DNA from: Longimicrobiales bacterium
GTDB taxonomy: Bacteria > Gemmatimonadota > Gemmatimonadetes > Longimicrobiales > Gaopeijiaceae
Direction: 5' to 3'
NCBI GenBank assembly: GCA_965238005.1
Contig: OZ250165.1
Location: forward strand, 384,001 to 448,000
DNA length: 64,000 bases
Shown here: one piece after another, positions 61,009-64,000 of the stretch
Layout: every line of letters begins with the position of its first letter
Position numbering within the stretch: position 1 is the first letter of the stretch
Notes under the pieces: generated by a model
What the model was told of the DNA's origin: nothing
The model's database searches: none
What the model saw: the letters and a program-made list of their open reading frames with translations, nothing else
Made by a program: the position numbers and the translations under genes

Positions 61009-61971
61009 TTGCGCGCGCTGCTCCTCGAGACGATCGATGAGGCCGCTCATGCAGAGCTCGCGGAGCAGTCGACGACGACCTTCCCCCCGACTCCGGACGC
61101 TGAGCTGGACGATCGCGACCTCACCGACGTCGACGCCATCATCACCTGCGGGCGCGGCCAGGTGACATCGGAGCTCATCGCCCGCTGCCCGAATCTGCGG
61201 GTCATCGGCCGCTGCGGCGTCGGCCTCGACAACGTCGATGTCGGCGCCGCCACCGCGGCCGGAGTAGCGGTGATCAACACCCCCGGCAGCCCCACCATCA
61301 CGACCGCCGAGCACACCATCATGTTGATCCTCGCCCTCACCCGGCAGCTCTACCCCCAGGTCGCGGCGGTCAAGAGCGACGACTGGGCGATCCGGAGGGG
61401 TGTGAGCGCAGAGTGCGCCGGCAAGAAGCTGGGCGTGGTCGGCCTCGGGGCGATCGGCTGCCGCGTGGCCGAGCTGTCAGCGGCGCTCGGGATGGAGGTC
61501 ATCGCCCACAATCGAACGAACCGGAATAGCACCGAGGGCCGGACATCGGTTCGCCGGCTTCCGTTCGCCGAGTTGCTCGCGGAGTCGGACATCGTCAGCC
61601 TTCACGTCGCGTTGACGCCGGAGACCCGAGGTCTCGTCGGACGAGCCGAGCTGGCGGCGATGAAACCGGGCGCCCTACTGGTGAACGCCGGGCGCGGCGC
61701 CCTGGTCGACGTCGATGCACTCCTCGAGGCGCTCGATTCCGACCGGCTCGCCGGATACGCGGCCGACGGCGTCGACCCGGAACCGCCCGCCGTCGGCGAT
61801 CGCCTCATCCATCACCCGCGCACGATCATCACCCCCCATTCCGCCGCCCTCACGGCATCCACCTACTGCCGGATGTGCCTGCGAACCGTTCGGAACGCCC
61901 TCGGCTACTTGACGGGTTCGCACTACGAGGCCGAGAGCGTTTTCAACGCCGCGCAGCTCTCGGGCGCCTAG
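61009..61971 (+). CDS. D-isomer-specific 2-hydroxyacid dehydrogenase
   Basis: GVGLDNVD, GVVGLGAIG, SLHVALTPET, VNAGRG, TPHSA. Confidence 0.9.
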   Translation: MRALLLETIDEAAHAELAEQSTTTFPPTPDAELDDRDLTDVDAIITCGRGQVTSELIARCPNLRVIGRCGVGLDNVDVGAATAAGVAVINTPGSPTITTAEHTIMLILALTRQLYPQVAAVKSDDWAIRRGVSAECAGKKLGVVGLGAIGCRVAELSAALGMEVIAHNRTNRNSTEGRTSVRRLPFAELLAESDIVSLHVALTPETRGLVGRAELAAMKPGALLVNAGRGALVDVDALLEALDSDRLAGYAADGVDPEPPAVGDRLIHHPRTIITPHSAALTASTYCRMCLRTVRNALGYLTGSHYEAESVFNAAQLSGA

Positions 61972-62391
61972 CGGCGGGTCGACCGGATGAACGCCCGGCC
62001 CTGAGAGACCACCGTGCCGTAGCGTTGCCCGCGGCGCATCGACGGCCACGCCTTCCGGGTTCGAGCCGCCGGGGTACTGGAAACCGTCTCGTTGATCAAA
62101 CGGATAGGAAGTTCAAAGGGGCTGTCTAGGCGAGAGTTGAGGCGGGAAGGGAATGTGTGGGGAAAGTGTGCGGCGGACATCGGCGGACGCCATACGACTT
62201 GAGGTAGGAGGTGCGAGCGAAGGGGGTTCGTAGTGGCCGATCGTACGACCCAACCGGAGCAGACTGGCCGGCTGTCCAGATCGCGCTTTCTAGGCGCTCA
62301 AAGAGCACTCACCAGGGCCGGTCTGGTGACCCATCACCGCATGGCGGAGGTGAGTTGGTAGAAAATTAGTCGCCGTAGGCCCATGCAAGGA

Positions 62392-62563
62392 CGAGCCGAT
62401 AACGCCCCTCTAAGCCACGAGGACGCTCCAGCCGAACCGGAACACCGAATACAACCCGAAGCTGCTCAGAACGTCTCTAAGGGCAACTCTCCGGCCTGCT
62501 CCTTGCGCCCACCGGCCCGCTCTCGGATGTTGACCTCGGTCTGATCTACCCCACGCTGAGGAC
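62392..62563 (+). repeat. Dispersed non-coding element, copy B
   Basis: Inverted homologue of 39551-39721; precedes the gene fragment at 62590. Confidence 0.85.
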
Positions 62564-62589
62564 TTCGTGAGATCAAGCTCGAACTAACC

Positions 62590-62690
62590 ATGGCCAGTCC
62601 TTCCGACGATCCCCTGAAGCGCCTCATCCGCGAGATCCACCGGAGGTCTCTGTGGCAGGCGTTGGGGATCTTCCTGCTCGGCGGCTGGCG
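62590..62690 (+). pseudogene. N-terminal fragment of a membrane signalling protein
   Basis: MASPSDDPLKRLIREIHRRSLWQALGIFLLGGW, an N-terminus typical of TolB-like/TPR membrane proteins, then breaks. Confidence 0.6.
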
Positions 62691-62965
62691 GCGCCCCGGC
62701 TCTCTCGGGGGCTGCAACTCCAGGAGCCCTTCAGGCTCCTTCCATTGCAGCCGGTCGTTGATTTAGGAACGCCCTATCTGTGATGTGAAGTCGTACTCAC
62801 AGGTAAGGAAAACATGAGGCAACGGGAATTCTAATTGTCGCTGATGAGAAAAAGTGGTTGACGCTGGACAATTCATAATAATCTGTTGAATCAGAGAAAA
62901 GACATGAGAAAAGACATGATAAGTATCGACAGAATCGCAATCATTTCTTTGAAGCGAGGTGTGTC

Positions 62966-64000
62966 ATGAGATCCGAAACATTCAGTCGGCGCGCGTTTCT
63001 GGGTAGCCCTGCTGCCCTAGGGATAACAGCGTATGCTGCGAAAGCCAGTAGCTTCAATAACTTGGATGATATCTTTAATAACTTGGATGATATTACGACG
63101 AAGATTACAGAGATTGAAACAATACCTTTGAGCCTCCCTGTGAAGCCGTTTGAGGATGGAGTCGACAAAACCGGCGCAAAAGCCGCACCAAGTAAATATT
63201 ATGAAGGGGAACCATTAAAGAGAAAGAGAAAACGAAACGAAGAAGGGCACCTCTTAATGGATTACGTATTTGTGAAAATCCATACAGATAAAGGCATCAT
63301 TGGAATGGGTGAAGCCCCAACTGATCGCGTTGAGACTCTTGAGACAGTGAAATTCACTATTGATCGATACATGACCCCTAATTTGATTGGTCTAAATCCA
63401 TTTGATATTGAGCGCAATAACGAGATAGTGTCTTTACAGAAAAATGGAAGAGTGATCACACGCCACGCTGCTTCAGCGATCAATTACGCCTTATATGACA
63501 TCCTAGGGAAAACATTAAACGTACCACTATACACCCTAGTGGGTGGATTATATCGAAACAAGGTGCTTGCTTCGGTTGAGGTCCCAGGAGGTCCTCCGGA
63601 GGAAATGGCCGCCCATAGTATGGAGTATTACAAACAGGGGATAAGAGGGATCAAGGCGAAAGTTGGATCGAACCCTGATAGAGATGCGAAATCTTTGAAA
63701 GCCATTAGAGAAGCCCTTGGAGACGAGATCAGTCTTAGAGCTGATGCAAATCAAAAATACACGATACATGAGGCGATTCGACTATGCAGGTTAGCCAAGG
63801 AATACGATGTAGGTCTTGAACTCCTTGAGCAACCCATAGCGAGTACTGATTTGGAGGGTGCGAGAAGAATTGCCAGAACCGTGAATATACCCGTAGAGGC
63901 AGATGAAGCTGCAGATAGCCTATACCAAGTTTATCAGCTTCTCAAGAACGATGCCTGCGATATCATTAACACAAAATGCTCCAAATCTGGAGGGATCTCA
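62966..64000 (+). CDS. Tat-exported mandelate racemase/MLE-family enzyme, AT-rich, truncated by window edge; not in ORF track
   Basis: SD GAGGT; MRSETFSRRAFLG, GMGEA, ALYDILGK, IKAKVG, ADANQ, LEQP, ADE, NTKCSKSGGI. Confidence 0.88.
   Translation, partial: MRSETFSRRAFLGSPAALGITAYAAKASSFNNLDDIFNNLDDITTKITEIETIPLSLPVKPFEDGVDKTGAKAAPSKYYEGEPLKRKRKRNEEGHLLMDYVFVKIHTDKGIIGMGEAPTDRVETLETVKFTIDRYMTPNLIGLNPFDIERNNEIVSLQKNGRVITRHAASAINYALYDILGKTLNVPLYTLVGGLYRNKVLASVEVPGGPPEEMAAHSMEYYKQGIRGIKAKVGSNPDRDAKSLKAIREALGDEISLRADANQKYTIHEAIRLCRLAKEYDVGLELLEQPIASTDLEGARRIARTVNIPVEADEAADSLYQVYQLLKNDACDIINTKCSKSGGIS

Noticed and set aside
63018..63035. 15/18 match to the I-SceI site (TAGGGATAACAGCGTATG)
   Set aside because: Lies in frame in a signal-peptide coding region with no vector context; treated as coincidence

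Overview
High-GC bacterial DNA. Gene styles (Ser/Thr kinase N-terminus, lone TonB-plug lipoprotein, Big_2 protein, AraC/HD-GYP block) suggest Gemmatimonadota; this is inferred, not proven. A core-like stretch (about 7-31 kb) carries marR-arsM, an M28 peptidase, two TetRs, YfiT, sfsA, tdk, tRNA-Asn, an alpha-oxoamine synthase/ADC-like/lipid kinase trio, a modA-modB fusion with modC and a likely 6S RNA. It is flanked by rearranged accessory DNA. Mobile DNA: IS256 with an 8-bp TSD splitting a BTAD-AAA-TPR regulator; a cargo-carrying IS1595 with an 8-bp TSD splitting a PAS/GAF sensor; two IS3 copies without TSDs; IS3, IS481 and IS91 relics; and three tRNA-Ser(CGA) 3' fragments with paired arm-type repeats, marking stacked integrative elements. 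Best leads: (1) an unannotated 27-aa Trp-rich peptide with a strong SD directly upstream of a membrane HD-GYP gene, a candidate peptide/cyclic-dinucleotide signalling module; (2) an islet with a CxxCH-bearing beta-barrel, a cupredoxin and a HAMP-adenylate cyclase; (3) a candidate sphingolipid-type cluster; (4) a roughly 170-bp non-coding element shared by two different signalling genes 23 kb apart; (5) TA-like IS1595 cargo behind a perfect 34-bp palindrome. All family calls come from motif recognition by eye; no searches were run.
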